From contig JAJQFG010000120.1 in the NCBI GenBank assembly GCA_021201315.1, forward strand, positions 54,653 through 78,652: DNA of 24,000 nt, given 5' to 3'. Source of the DNA: Erysipelotrichaceae bacterium. Lineage in GTDB: Bacteria; Bacillota_I; Bacilli_A; Erysipelotrichales; Coprobacillaceae. Position 1 is the first letter of the stretch; every line of letters starts with the position of its first letter. The position numbers and the translations under genes are program-made. This document shows, piece by piece, positions 8,449 through 17,105 of the stretch. The notes under the pieces were generated by a model. That model did not search any database and had not been told where the DNA came from. It was given only the letters and a program-made list of their open reading frames with translations.

Positions 8449-9089
8449 TTGGCTTGTTTGATGTAGATGGTACGATATTGGATTCTATGAGCATTTATGA
8501 GAATCTTGGATATAATTATTTAAAGAGTCTTGGTATTTGTGCTAATGGTGATTTAAATGAAATATTATATCCTATGACCTTTAGACAAAGCGCTACATAT
8601 TTAAAAAAACATTATCTATTGAAAGCATCTATTGATGATATTATGTTATCTTTACAAAATAATATATATGACTATTATAAAAATAAAGTTTTATTAAAAG
8701 ATGGTATTAGAGAAGTTTTAGAAACGTTATATCAATTGGATTATCCATTATATATAGTTACATCATCAACTAAAGAATTAGTTGATATAAGTTTTAATAG
8801 GTTAAAGATTAATCATTATTTTAGAAATATTTATACTTGTGATGATTTATTACTTAGTAAAGAAGATAAGCGGTTTTATTTAGAGATTATGAATCAATTG
8901 CAAGTAGATGCGAAAGATTGCATTGTTTTTGAAGATAATGCTTATAGTGCTTTAGCAGCTAAGCAATGTGGTATAAGAGTTATTGGTATTAAAGATCAAT
9001 ATGCTAGAGGAAATATAGAGAGTATAGCTGATATATATATTGAAAACTGGAGGGATTTAAATGAAAACAGCTTTAACGATTGCAGGTAG
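8445..9089 (+). CDS. HAD-superfamily hydrolase embedded in thiamine gene cluster
   Basis: GLFDVDGTILDSM (motif I), YIVTSST (motif II), CIVFEDNAYSALAAKQCGIRVIGI (motif IV). Overlaps both thiE and thiD. Confidence 0.85.
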   Translation: MIGLFDVDGTILDSMSIYENLGYNYLKSLGICANGDLNEILYPMTFRQSATYLKKHYLLKASIDDIMLSLQNNIYDYYKNKVLLKDGIREVLETLYQLDYPLYIVTSSTKELVDISFNRLKINHYFRNIYTCDDLLLSKEDKRFYLEIMNQLQVDAKDCIVFEDNAYSALAAKQCGIRVIGIKDQYARGNIESIADIYIENWRDLNENSFNDCR

Positions 9090-9846
9090 TGATTGTAGTG
9101 GTGGTGCAGGTATTCAGGCTGATTTAAAGACGATGTGTTCTTTAGGTGTTTATGGTATGTCTGTAATTAATGCTTTAACAGCTCAAAATACAACGGGTGT
9201 GTATGGTATTATGAATGTGACAAGTGAATTTTGTGAATTGCAGCTAGACAGTATTTTTCAGGATATTTATCCTGATGCTATTAAAATTGGTATGGTTTCA
9301 AGTAGTGATTTGATATTATCTATTGTTAAAAAATTAAAAGAATATGATGCCAAAAATATCGTGGTGGATCCAGTGATGGTAGCTACTAGTGGTGCTAAAT
9401 TGATAAGCGATGATGCTATTGAAACATTACAGAAAGAATTAATTCCTATAGCTTCACTTATTACTCCTAATATTCCTGAAGCTGAGGTTATCAGTGGCAT
9501 GAAGATTAGTGATAAAAAAACAATGGAAGAAGCAGCTCAATTGATTTATCAAAAGAGTAAAGTAAATGTTTTGGTTAAAGGTGGCCATTTAATTGAAGAA
9601 GCACAGGATTGTTTATATGATGGCCATGAATATCATTGGTTTGTTTCTAAGCGTATTGATAATCCTAATACGCATGGTACAGGATGTACATTATCAAGTG
9701 CAATTGCTTCTTATTTAGCATTGGGGTATCCATTGGTTGAGGCTATTGAAAATGCAAAGGCATATTTAACAGGTGCTTTGGCATATGGTCTTGATTTAGG
9801 TAAAGGTAGTGGCCCTTTGAACCACAGTTATAAAGTCATGAAATAG
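9061..9846 (+). CDS. thiD: Hydroxymethylpyrimidine/phosphomethylpyrimidine kinase
   Basis: MKTALTIAGSDCSGGAGIQADLKTMCSLGVYGMSVINALTAQNTTGV, PNIPEAEVISG, NTHGTGCTLSSAIASYLA. Confidence 0.95.
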   Translation: MKTALTIAGSDCSGGAGIQADLKTMCSLGVYGMSVINALTAQNTTGVYGIMNVTSEFCELQLDSIFQDIYPDAIKIGMVSSSDLILSIVKKLKEYDAKNIVVDPVMVATSGAKLISDDAIETLQKELIPIASLITPNIPEAEVISGMKISDKKTMEEAAQLIYQKSKVNVLVKGGHLIEEAQDCLYDGHEYHWFVSKRIDNPNTHGTGCTLSSAIASYLALGYPLVEAIENAKAYLTGALAYGLDLGKGSGPLNHSYKVMK

Positions 9847-9859
9847 TCATGACTTTTTT
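9832..9859 (+). terminator. Intrinsic terminator after thiD
   Basis: AAAGTCATG (9832-9840) / CATGACTTT (9848-9856), then TTT. The TAG stop (9844-9846) lies in the loop. Confidence 0.85.
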
Positions 9860-9887
9860 GCATAATGTTTTTTTTGTTTCATATAAT
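9860..9887 (+). promoter_or_regulatory. Candidate sigma-E-type sporulation promoter for spoIVA
   Basis: GCATAAT (9860-9866), about 13-nt spacer, CATATAAT (9880-9887), 19 nt upstream of ATG 9907, which has an AAGGAGG SD. Compare the SigE -10 CATAnnnT. Confidence 0.45.
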
Positions 9888-9906
9888 AAAACCAAGGAGG
9901 AAATTT

Positions 9907-11379
9907 ATGCAAGATATATTGAAAGATATTGGGAAACGTTGTGGTGGTGATATTTATCTTGGTGTAGTAGGACCAGTTAGAGCAGGAAAATCATCATTTA
10001 TTAAACGTTTTATGGAAATAGCTGTTATTCCTTATATAGAAGATAGTGATGCCAAACTTCGTGCTGTCGATGAATTACCACAATCTGGTGAAGGCCGTAT
10101 GATTATGACAGTAGAGCCAAAGTTTATTCCTAATCAGGCAGCACATATTCATATTGATGATTATCTTAGTGTCAATGTTCGTCTTGTTGATTGTGTTGGT
10201 TACGTAATAGATGGGGCTAAAGGTTATCAAGATGATTCAGGCATTCGTCAGGTTAAAACACCATGGTATTTAGAATCGATTCCTTTTGATGAGGCTGCAC
10301 GCATTGGTACAAAGAAAGTGATACAGGATCATTCTACGATTGGTATTGTGGTGACTTGTGACGGTACTATTTGTGAAATTGATGGAAAGGAATATAAACA
10401 AGCTACTGATGATATTATAAATGAATTGAAAACTATTGGTAAACCATTCGTCATTGTTGTGAATTCTAAAGATCCACGTTCTAGTGCATGCCATGAACTT
10501 GTAGAAGATCTTAAACAAAAACATCAAGTACCTACAATACCATTAAAAGTTAATGAAATGATTGAAAATGATATCATTCACTTACTCAAAGAAGCATTAT
10601 TTGAATTTCCAATACAACAAGTCAAAATCGAAGTACCACGTTGGATAGCCTTAATGGATACAACCCATTGGTTAAAACAAACATTAGACCAAGCTTTAGA
10701 ACAATCTATTTCATCGATTCATCGTTTTCGTGATGTAGAAATCATTGCTGATAATATGAGTCAATTTGACTTTATAAAAAAAGCTAATCTTATATCAGTA
10801 GATACATCAACATCCTCAGCAACCCTACGTATTCAAGAAAGAAAAGGTTTATATAATGAAATACTTAATGAAATATTAGAACAAGATCATTTCGATGCTG
10901 CTTTATTTTTACATCAAGTAACTATTTTAAAACAAAAAGCTCAAGAATATGAAACTTATCAAAGCGCCATTCAAATGGTCAAACAAACTGGATATGGTTA
11001 TGCTTTACCTAGAAAAGAAGATATTGAATTAAGTGAACCAGAAGTTATTAAACAAGGTCCTCGTTATGGTATGAAACTTGTCTCTAAAGCTTCAACCATT
11101 CATATGATAAAAGTAGATATAGAGTCAACATTTGAACCTATTATTGGCTCTAAAGAACAAGCTGAAGCATTTATTCAATATTTAGAAAATAATGGACAAA
11201 ATAATAAAGAAGCCATCTTTGATTGTGATGTTTTTGGCAGAAAATTAGGAGATTTGATTAATGAAGGTATGCGTATGAAACTATCTTCAATGAATGAATC
11301 AGCTTGCGTTCGTGTTCATGATATATTAAGCAAAATAGTTAATAAAGGGAAAACCAATGTAATTGCAATTGTTTTATAA
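9907..11379 (+). CDS. spoIVA: Stage IV sporulation protein A (spore coat assembly ATPase)
   Basis: MQDILKDIGKRCGGDIYLGVVGPVRAGKSSFIKRFME...VDCVGYVIDGAKGYQDDSGIRQVKTPWYLESIPFDEAARIGTKKVIQDHSTIG...VIVVNSKDP; GKTNVIAIVL C-terminus. Confidence 0.97.
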   Translation: MQDILKDIGKRCGGDIYLGVVGPVRAGKSSFIKRFMEIAVIPYIEDSDAKLRAVDELPQSGEGRMIMTVEPKFIPNQAAHIHIDDYLSVNVRLVDCVGYVIDGAKGYQDDSGIRQVKTPWYLESIPFDEAARIGTKKVIQDHSTIGIVVTCDGTICEIDGKEYKQATDDIINELKTIGKPFVIVVNSKDPRSSACHELVEDLKQKHQVPTIPLKVNEMIENDIIHLLKEALFEFPIQQVKIEVPRWIALMDTTHWLKQTLDQALEQSISSIHRFRDVEIIADNMSQFDFIKKANLISVDTSTSSATLRIQERKGLYNEILNEILEQDHFDAALFLHQVTILKQKAQEYETYQSAIQMVKQTGYGYALPRKEDIELSEPEVIKQGPRYGMKLVSKASTIHMIKVDIESTFEPIIGSKEQAEAFIQYLENNGQNNKEAIFDCDVFGRKLGDLINEGMRMKLSSMNESACVRVHDILSKIVNKGKTNVIAIVL

Positions 11380-11386
11380 TTTTTTG

Positions 11387-11415
11387 TTGCTTTAAATCAA
11401 TTGAAATGTTATACT
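11387..11415 (+). promoter_or_regulatory. Predicted promoter for the HU gene
   Basis: TTGCTT (11387-11392), 17-nt spacer, TATACT (11410-11415). Confidence 0.5.
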
Positions 11416-11447
11416 TCTACTTAGATTTTAATAGGAGGCAATACAAA

Positions 11448-11720
11448 ATGAATAAAAAAGAACTTATTGATACTGTTGCTCAAAAAAAAGATTTGACAAA
11501 AAAAGAAGCAGAATCTTTAGTTGATGCTGTATTCGACACAATGACTGATTCACTTCTATCAGGAGATAAGGTATTAATTTCTGGATTTGGGACATTCAAA
11601 GTTAACGACCGTAAGGCACGTAAAGGTGTTAGCCCCAAAACAAAAGAACCTATGATTATTCCAGCAAGTAGAACGGTATCATTCAAGCCAAGTAATAGAT
11701 TAAAAGATGCAATGAATTAA
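11448..11720 (+). CDS. hup: DNA-binding protein HU
   Basis: MNKKELIDTVAQKKDLTKKEAESLVDAVFDTMTDSLLSGDKVLISGFGTFKVNDRKARKGVSPKTKEPMIIPASRTVSFKPSNRLKDAMN. Confidence 0.97.
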   Translation: MNKKELIDTVAQKKDLTKKEAESLVDAVFDTMTDSLLSGDKVLISGFGTFKVNDRKARKGVSPKTKEPMIIPASRTVSFKPSNRLKDAMN

Positions 11721-11735
11721 TTCATTGCACCTTTT
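11709..11735 (+). terminator. Intrinsic terminator centred on the HU stop codon
   Basis: Perfect 20-nt palindrome GCAATGAATTAATTCATTGC (11709-11728), then ACCTTTTT. Confidence 0.8.
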
Positions 11736-11785
11736 TCATATCTAGTTCATAAAGTTCTTATAAGATATTAACGAGGTGAATCAAA

Positions 11786-12490
11786 ATGTACTATTACAAT
11801 ACATATTATATGATAGGAATCATTTTAGTAATTATTGCTGCTATACTTTCTTTGTTTGCACAAATGAGAGTTCAATCTGCTTATCAAAAATATCAAAAAA
11901 TACCTTGTTCTAGAGGGATTACAGGGTATCAAGTAGCTAGAGAAATACTCAATAGTCATGGTTTATATGATATTGAAATCTATGAAGTTAAAGGTCAACT
12001 AAGTGATCATTATAATCCAAGTAAACAAACCATTAATTTATCAAGTGAAATTTATCATGGCTATTCTATTGCTTCACTTGCCGTTGCGGCTCATGAATGT
12101 GGCCATGCAATTCAATATCAGGAAGGTTATATGCCAATAGCTTTTAGAAATGCGATTCTTCCATTTGCCAATGTAGGACAATATCTTGGTTGGATTGCGA
12201 TTATGATTGGATTACTGTTAGGTAGCACACCACTAGCATTGTTTGGTTTTATATTAATGTGCGGTATTTTAGCTTTTCAAATGTTTACTTTACCAGTTGA
12301 ATTTGATGCTTCTAGTCGTGCATTAGAAATTCTTCAACAAGGTTATTTAGTGAATGATGAATATGATGGTGCTAAGAAAATGTTGAATGCAGCAGCTTTG
12401 ACTTATGTCGCAGCATTGATATCAACACTTATGAGTATGTTGAGGATATTTTTAATGATTATGGGAAATTCTCGTGGTAATCGTCGTTAA
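11786..12490 (+). CDS. Zn-dependent membrane protease, YugP family
   Basis: MYYYNTYYMIGIILVIIAAILSLFAQ..., SLAVAAHECGHAIQYQEGYMPIAFR, KQTINLSSEIYHGYSIAS, PVEFDASSRAL, further hydrophobic segments. Confidence 0.88.
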   Translation: MYYYNTYYMIGIILVIIAAILSLFAQMRVQSAYQKYQKIPCSRGITGYQVAREILNSHGLYDIEIYEVKGQLSDHYNPSKQTINLSSEIYHGYSIASLAVAAHECGHAIQYQEGYMPIAFRNAILPFANVGQYLGWIAIMIGLLLGSTPLALFGFILMCGILAFQMFTLPVEFDASSRALEILQQGYLVNDEYDGAKKMLNAAALTYVAALISTLMSMLRIFLMIMGNSRGNRR

Positions 12491-12513
12491 AGCTTCATAA
12501 TGAAGCTTTTTTT
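12489..12513 (+). terminator. Intrinsic terminator after the yugP-like gene
   Basis: AAAGCTTCA (12489-12497) / TGAAGCTTT (12501-12509), then TTTT. Confidence 0.8.
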
Positions 12514-12515
12514 AT

Positions 12516-12544
12516 TTGGCATTTTTAGGTTTATCATGTATAAT
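12516..12544 (+). promoter_or_regulatory. Predicted sigma-A promoter for the ypmB-like/dnaD/nth genes
   Basis: TTGGCA (12516-12521), 17-nt spacer, TATAAT (12539-12544), immediately after the upstream terminator. Confidence 0.65.
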
Positions 12545-12567
12545 ATCATTCATGGGTGGTGGTAACT

Positions 12568-13044
12568 ATGAAAAATAAAACATTCATTGTAAGTACAGTT
12601 GTTTTAAGTGTGATTTTAATAGTTGTCACTTTTTATATGTTGTTTGTACATGTTCCTTATTATAATTATTCACATGAATTAGATGAAATTAGAAATCAGA
12701 TATGTGAAGATAATCATTATGAATACTTGGATTATTTTAGTGAATATCGAGGAAAAAGTGTTTATTATATGTTGAAAGTAAATATTGATGGTGTTGAGTC
12801 TTACGTTGCCTATGATACGGATTTGAATTTAGTGGATACTTATCAAGGTGATATCACTGATAAGGAAGATGTATTAGACAAGATAACTACTAAGTATGAT
12901 ATCATATTAGATGATTTAGAAATAGCTTATGAGAATGAGAGATTTGTTTATTATGGTTTGTATCAGGATGATGATATGTTATTGTATGTTTATTATGATT
13001 TATCAAGTGGAGATTTTATAAAAGCGGTGAAGTTGGATGAATAA
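12568..13044 (+). CDS. Membrane-anchored YpmB-like protein (PepSY/DUF5590-like)
   Basis: N-terminal TM (IVSTVVLSVILIVVTFYMLFVHV), then 'YMLKVNIDGVESYVAYDTDLNLVDTYQGDITDKEDVLDKI'. Position directly before dnaD matches the Bacillus ypmB/dnaD/nth order. Confidence 0.55.
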   Translation: MKNKTFIVSTVVLSVILIVVTFYMLFVHVPYYNYSHELDEIRNQICEDNHYEYLDYFSEYRGKSVYYMLKVNIDGVESYVAYDTDLNLVDTYQGDITDKEDVLDKITTKYDIILDDLEIAYENERFVYYGLYQDDDMLLYVYYDLSSGDFIKAVKLDE

Positions 13045-13633
13045 TATTGAAGAATTATTAGATTATGATTGTATTGATTATCGTAAATTGTTGATTATCA
13101 AAGCTAAATCTTTAGGCTTAAGTGATGATCAAGTTTATTTGTTGATTATTATGATGACTTTAATAGATATGAATATTAAACCAATTACACCTGCTAAATT
13201 AAGTCAATTTTGTCAATTATCTTTAAGTAAAATTGATGAAGTTCTCATTTCCTTGGTTGATAAGCATTTTTTAAGTAGAATGAATGGTTCTTTAGATTTA
13301 AAACCACTTTATAAACAGTTATTGGATATAAAAGTAGAAGAGAATACGGATATGGACTTGATTTCAGTGTTTGAAGATGCTTTTGGTAGAAGTTTGTCTC
13401 AAAGAGAAATTGAAATCATTAATTCGTTTAAGATTAATGGTTTTAGTGATTCTATGATTGTAGAAGCTTTAAATGAAGCAGTTAAATCAGGTGTCATTAA
13501 TTTTAGATACATAGAAAAAATATTGGATAATTGGCAAAAATATGGTGTTAAGAAACGCTATGCACCAAAACATGAAGAAAATCAACAATTTGATCAAAAA
13601 ATCAAAGATTATAAATGGTGGGACAATGAATAA
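13037..13633 (+). CDS. dnaD: DnaD-domain primosomal/replication initiation protein
   Basis: N-terminal winged-helix-like region and C-terminal VFEDAFGRSLSQREIEIINSFKINGFSDSMIVEALNEAVKSGVINFRYIEKILDNWQKYGVK (DnaD/DnaB2 domain). Confidence 0.85.
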   Translation: MNNIEELLDYDCIDYRKLLIIKAKSLGLSDDQVYLLIIMMTLIDMNIKPITPAKLSQFCQLSLSKIDEVLISLVDKHFLSRMNGSLDLKPLYKQLLDIKVEENTDMDLISVFEDAFGRSLSQREIEIINSFKINGFSDSMIVEALNEAVKSGVINFRYIEKILDNWQKYGVKKRYAPKHEENQQFDQKIKDYKWWDNE

Positions 13634-14282
13634 AGATAAAGTAAATCGTATATTAAATACATTTGATGACATGTATCCAAATGCTAAGTGTGAATTAAAC
13701 CATGATAACCATCTTCAACTCCTTATTGCAGTCATGCTTTCGGCACAAACAACGGATGCTTCTGTTAATAAGTTAACGCTACAATTATTTCAAAAATATC
13801 AAACAGTTGAAGATTATGCTTATGCCCCTCTTGAAGAATTAGAACAAGACCTGCATTCTATTGGTTTATATCGCAATAAAGCAAAAAATATTAAAGCTAT
13901 GGCTAATCAGTTAATTGAAAGATTTGATGGTCAAGTACCTTCTACTCATGAAGCATTGATGAGCTTACCAGGAGTTGGCAGAAAAACAGCGAATGTTGTT
14001 GTATCAGAAGGATTTAATGTTCCTGCAATTGCGGTTGATACTCATGTAGAGCGCATTTCTAAGCGTTTAGGATTCGCTAAAAAAGATGATTCAGTAGAAG
14101 TAGTGGAACAGAAATTACAAAAAGCCATTCCTAAACAAAGATGGACTAAAACCCATCATCAGATGATATTCTTTGGTCGTTATCATTGTAAATCGATGAG
14201 ACCTAATTGTCAAAATTGTCCACTTATTGATATATGTTATGAAGAAAAAAGAGAAAAGTACTTAAAAGAGAGATCATCATGA
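13626..14282 (+). CDS. nth: Endonuclease III
   Basis: HNDNHLQLLIAVMLSAQTTDASVNK, LPGVGRKTANVVVSEGFNVPAIAVDTHVERISKRLGF, C-x6-C-x2-C-x5-C cluster (CKSMRPNCQNCPLIDIC). Start 13626 overlaps the dnaD end. Confidence 0.96.
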   Translation: MNKDKVNRILNTFDDMYPNAKCELNHDNHLQLLIAVMLSAQTTDASVNKLTLQLFQKYQTVEDYAYAPLEELEQDLHSIGLYRNKAKNIKAMANQLIERFDGQVPSTHEALMSLPGVGRKTANVVVSEGFNVPAIAVDTHVERISKRLGFAKKDDSVEVVEQKLQKAIPKQRWTKTHHQMIFFGRYHCKSMRPNCQNCPLIDICYEEKREKYLKERSS

Positions 14283-14290
14283 TCTCTCTT
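14266..14290. terminator. Shared hairpin at the nth / class A PBP convergent junction
   Basis: AAGAGAGATC (14266-14275) / GATCTCTCTT (14281-14290), loop ATCAT. It contains the nth stop and part of the PBP stop codon. T tracts are weak on both sides. Confidence 0.65.
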
Positions 14291-17105
14291 ATTCGCTTTC
14301 TTCTTCCTCATTATTATTTTGTTGAGTAGAATTGTTAGTATTGTTTTGTGAGTTAGTAGTATTAGAATTATCAGTTGTATTATTTGTTTCATTAGAAGTA
14401 ACAGGCTCATCAGCAGTCTTAAATGTATGAGAATTAAGTTCTCTTACAGTGCCAGCAATTGTGGTTTCACTAAACGTTGTTGTGTAACTTGTAGATGGCT
14501 TTAAACCACTGAAGGTTACAGTACTATTTTCACTAATTGTTTTACTTGCACCATTGAGTTCAACAGTAACGCTACTTCCACTAGGTACATTAATTGTATA
14601 ACTGATGGAATCAGTTGTAGGAGTACTTGCACTGTAGGTTGCAGGATCTTTACTATCAACAACAATACTTTGACTTATCTTGTTAGAAGTTGAAGATGTA
14701 TTACTTTCATAAGCATAATAACCAGTAACTGTATAATTACCAGGTGATAAACTATAATCCAATGTAGCACTATTGCTTGATAATGTTTCACTGTGAACTA
14801 CACTACCACTTTCATCAGCTATTTCCACCATATAAACAACACTACCATAAACCTGATTAATATCACCATAATAAGGTAATGTATAACTCTTACCATTAAC
14901 TTTATAAGTTTTTGTTGGAGTGCCAGAAGTATAGCTTTCTGACAATTTCGTAAATGTAACTTTTACTTGAGTATCATTCACAACTTCAGCTGTAAACTCT
15001 GATAAACTCTTAATACTTGCACCACTTACAGTACCACTAGGTGTATTATTAGACTTAAAATAACCTGAAACAACACGATTGCTAGGTACACCACTTCCAG
15101 CTTTAACATATGGATAAATACCAGAAACACAAGATGCTTTAACAACACCACTTGGTTGACTAGGATAACTATTTTTAACGCCATCACTATGTAAATATTT
15201 CGCAATCAATGCCGATATTTGTGCAGCAGGTTTACCTGTTGGATAATAACCAAGTTTTTGTGCTTCCGAGTTATAACCACACCAGACACTCCAAGAATAA
15301 TCAGGTGAATAAGCTGCCATCCATAAATCTTTATTCTTACCTACTAAATTTTTATTAGAAGTTGAAGAATCATGATTAGATGTACCAGTCTTAGCACCAA
15401 TTTGATAACCTAAATTCAAATAAGAATAATTACCACTACCAGTTTTAACATAACTAGTCATAACTGAACGAATCATAAATGCTGATTCCTCGGATAAAGC
15501 CTGAACACTATTTTCCTGAGCTTCTTCATCAATATAAATAACTTCACCGGTATCTAATAATTCAATCTTCTCTACAGTATGAGGTTCAATATAAGTACCA
15601 CCATTTGCAATGGCTGCATAAGCAGCTGCTTCTTCTTCAGGCGTAACACCAGTATTCCAAGAACCAATGGCATAACCCAAATTGAAATCCTCTTCATACA
15701 TATCAAAACCAAAACCTTCCATATATGAAACCATTTCACTTGTACCTACTTCATCCACAACTTCACTTAAAGTCTGTATAGCAGCCAAGTTCCATGACTG
15801 TACCAAAGCTTCTGTGACCGATACATCACCATGATATTGATTATCCCAATTCTTTGGTGTCCAGCTACCTTGACTATAAGGTACATCATGAACATAATGA
15901 GCTGTTGAATAATCTAAATATTCAAAAGCTGAAGCATAAGCCACAATTGGTTTTAAAGAAGAACCTGGAGAATTACGTTGACCATAATTATAACTTGGAT
16001 CTGTTGCAGCTAATTCCTTACTAGCAGCATAAGCATAACTAGTACCCATAGCTACATAATCTCTTGCTGCTAATACACCTACAATTCTACCAGTCGTTGA
16101 CTCTTGAACACTTGCCCCTGTTTGCAAATATTCATCAGGAAAATCAAAAACATCACCATTAGCTATCTCATCTAAATAGTTTTGTAATCCAGTATCAATA
16201 TAAGTCGTAATAACCATTGGCGTAGAAGCAGGATCATAACCAGTTTTTTCATAAACTTCTCTAGTCACTTTATCAGCATAAGCTTGATATTGGCTACTAG
16301 CTGATAAAGAATGATAATTTAAAGTATTTTCAACAGGAATAGATTTAGCATCTTCACATTCCTGTTCACTAATATAACCATGATATGCCATTAAATCCAA
16401 AACCGTATCTCTTCTACTTTGAGCAGCTTCTAAATTATTAAAAGGATCATATCTATTAGGATTATTAATCGCTCCAGCCAACAATGCTGCCTCAGGTAGG
16501 GTAATATTTTCTACCGCTTTACCAAAATAATATTGACAAGCTGCATAGATACCAATTGCATTAATACCACTACCAAAATAAACCTTATTTAAATACAATT
16601 CTAGTATCTCTTCTTTAGTCGTTTGTGAAGTTGCTTCTATCGAAAGAATCACTTCTCCTACTTTTCTTGTAATAGTTTGCTCGGCATCTGGATAATATGA
16701 TTTTTTGATAGTTTGTTGGGTAATGGTAGAACCTCCAGCAGTAATACCGCCAGCCGCAATATTTCCCATCAAAGCTTTGATAATTCTTGGTACATCAAAT
16801 CCGTTATGCTCAAAATAACGTGAATCTTCTGCAGAAAGTACAGCATCAATAAGTACTTGAGGAATATCATCATAATCTACATTTTTCTTAACCCCTTCAC
16901 TACCATAATAATAATATTCATTACCATCCTGGTCGACTTGCATAGATGATTCACTATTCAAAAGCTTATCTTTAGAAAAACCCTCTACTTGTTGGATAAC
17001 GCCATATCCAAAATAAATACTTGCAGAAGCAATAACAATCATCACAACCATTAAAATAATTTTTATTATTTTAAATAAGTGTTGACGATCTTTCAACTTA
17101 TTCAT
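14289..17105 (-). CDS. ponA: Class A penicillin-binding protein (GT51 transglycosylase + transpeptidase) with C-terminal FN3-like domain and Asn/Thr-rich tail
   Basis: EDSRFFEHNGFD, AGGSTITQQTIKKSYY, LYLNKVYFGSGINAIGIYAACQYYFGK, SPGSSLKPIVAYASAFE, KTGTSN; Ser/Thr-rich linker; terminal NNTTDNSNTTNSQNNTNNSTQQNNNEEEESE. Confidence 0.93.
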   Translation of the reverse strand: MNKLKDRQHLFKIIKIILMVVMIVIASASIYFGYGVIQQVEGFSKDKLLNSESSMQVDQDGNEYYYYGSEGVKKNVDYDDIPQVLIDAVLSAEDSRYFEHNGFDVPRIIKALMGNIAAGGITAGGSTITQQTIKKSYYPDAEQTITRKVGEVILSIEATSQTTKEEILELYLNKVYFGSGINAIGIYAACQYYFGKAVENITLPEAALLAGAINNPNRYDPFNNLEAAQSRRDTVLDLMAYHGYISEQECEDAKSIPVENTLNYHSLSASSQYQAYADKVTREVYEKTGYDPASTPMVITTYIDTGLQNYLDEIANGDVFDFPDEYLQTGASVQESTTGRIVGVLAARDYVAMGTSYAYAASKELAATDPSYNYGQRNSPGSSLKPIVAYASAFEYLDYSTAHYVHDVPYSQGSWTPKNWDNQYHGDVSVTEALVQSWNLAAIQTLSEVVDEVGTSEMVSYMEGFGFDMYEEDFNLGYAIGSWNTGVTPEEEAAAYAAIANGGTYIEPHTVEKIELLDTGEVIYIDEEAQENSVQALSEESAFMIRSVMTSYVKTGSGNYSYLNLGYQIGAKTGTSNHDSSTSNKNLVGKNKDLWMAAYSPDYSWSVWCGYNSEAQKLGYYPTGKPAAQISALIAKYLHSDGVKNSYPSQPSGVVKASCVSGIYPYVKAGSGVPSNRVVSGYFKSNNTPSGTVSGASIKSLSEFTAEVVNDTQVKVTFTKLSESYTSGTPTKTYKVNGKSYTLPYYGDINQVYGSVVYMVEIADESGSVVHSETLSSNSATLDYSLSPGNYTVTGYYAYESNTSSTSNKISQSIVVDSKDPATYSASTPTTDSISYTINVPSGSSVTVELNGASKTISENSTVTFSGLKPSTSYTTTFSETTIAGTVRELNSHTFKTADEPVTSNETNNTTDNSNTTNSQNNTNNSTQQNNNEEEESE

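Noticed and set aside
9267-9500. Minus-strand ORF inside thiD
   Set aside because: Fully antisense to a confidently identified gene; translation has no recognisable motif.
9816-9831. GCCCTTTGAACCACAG resembling a fragment of a TPP riboswitch core
   Set aside because: It lies within thiD codons immediately before the terminator and lacks the other THI-box elements, so it is coincidental.
10270-10527. Minus-strand ORF inside spoIVA
   Set aside because: Antisense to highly conserved spoIVA coding sequence; no RBS evidence.
11480-11686. Minus-strand ORF inside the HU gene
   Set aside because: Antisense shadow of the HU coding sequence.
13487-13672. Minus-strand ORF across the dnaD/nth junction
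   Set aside because: Antisense, low-complexity hydrophobic translation with no initiation signals considered convincing.
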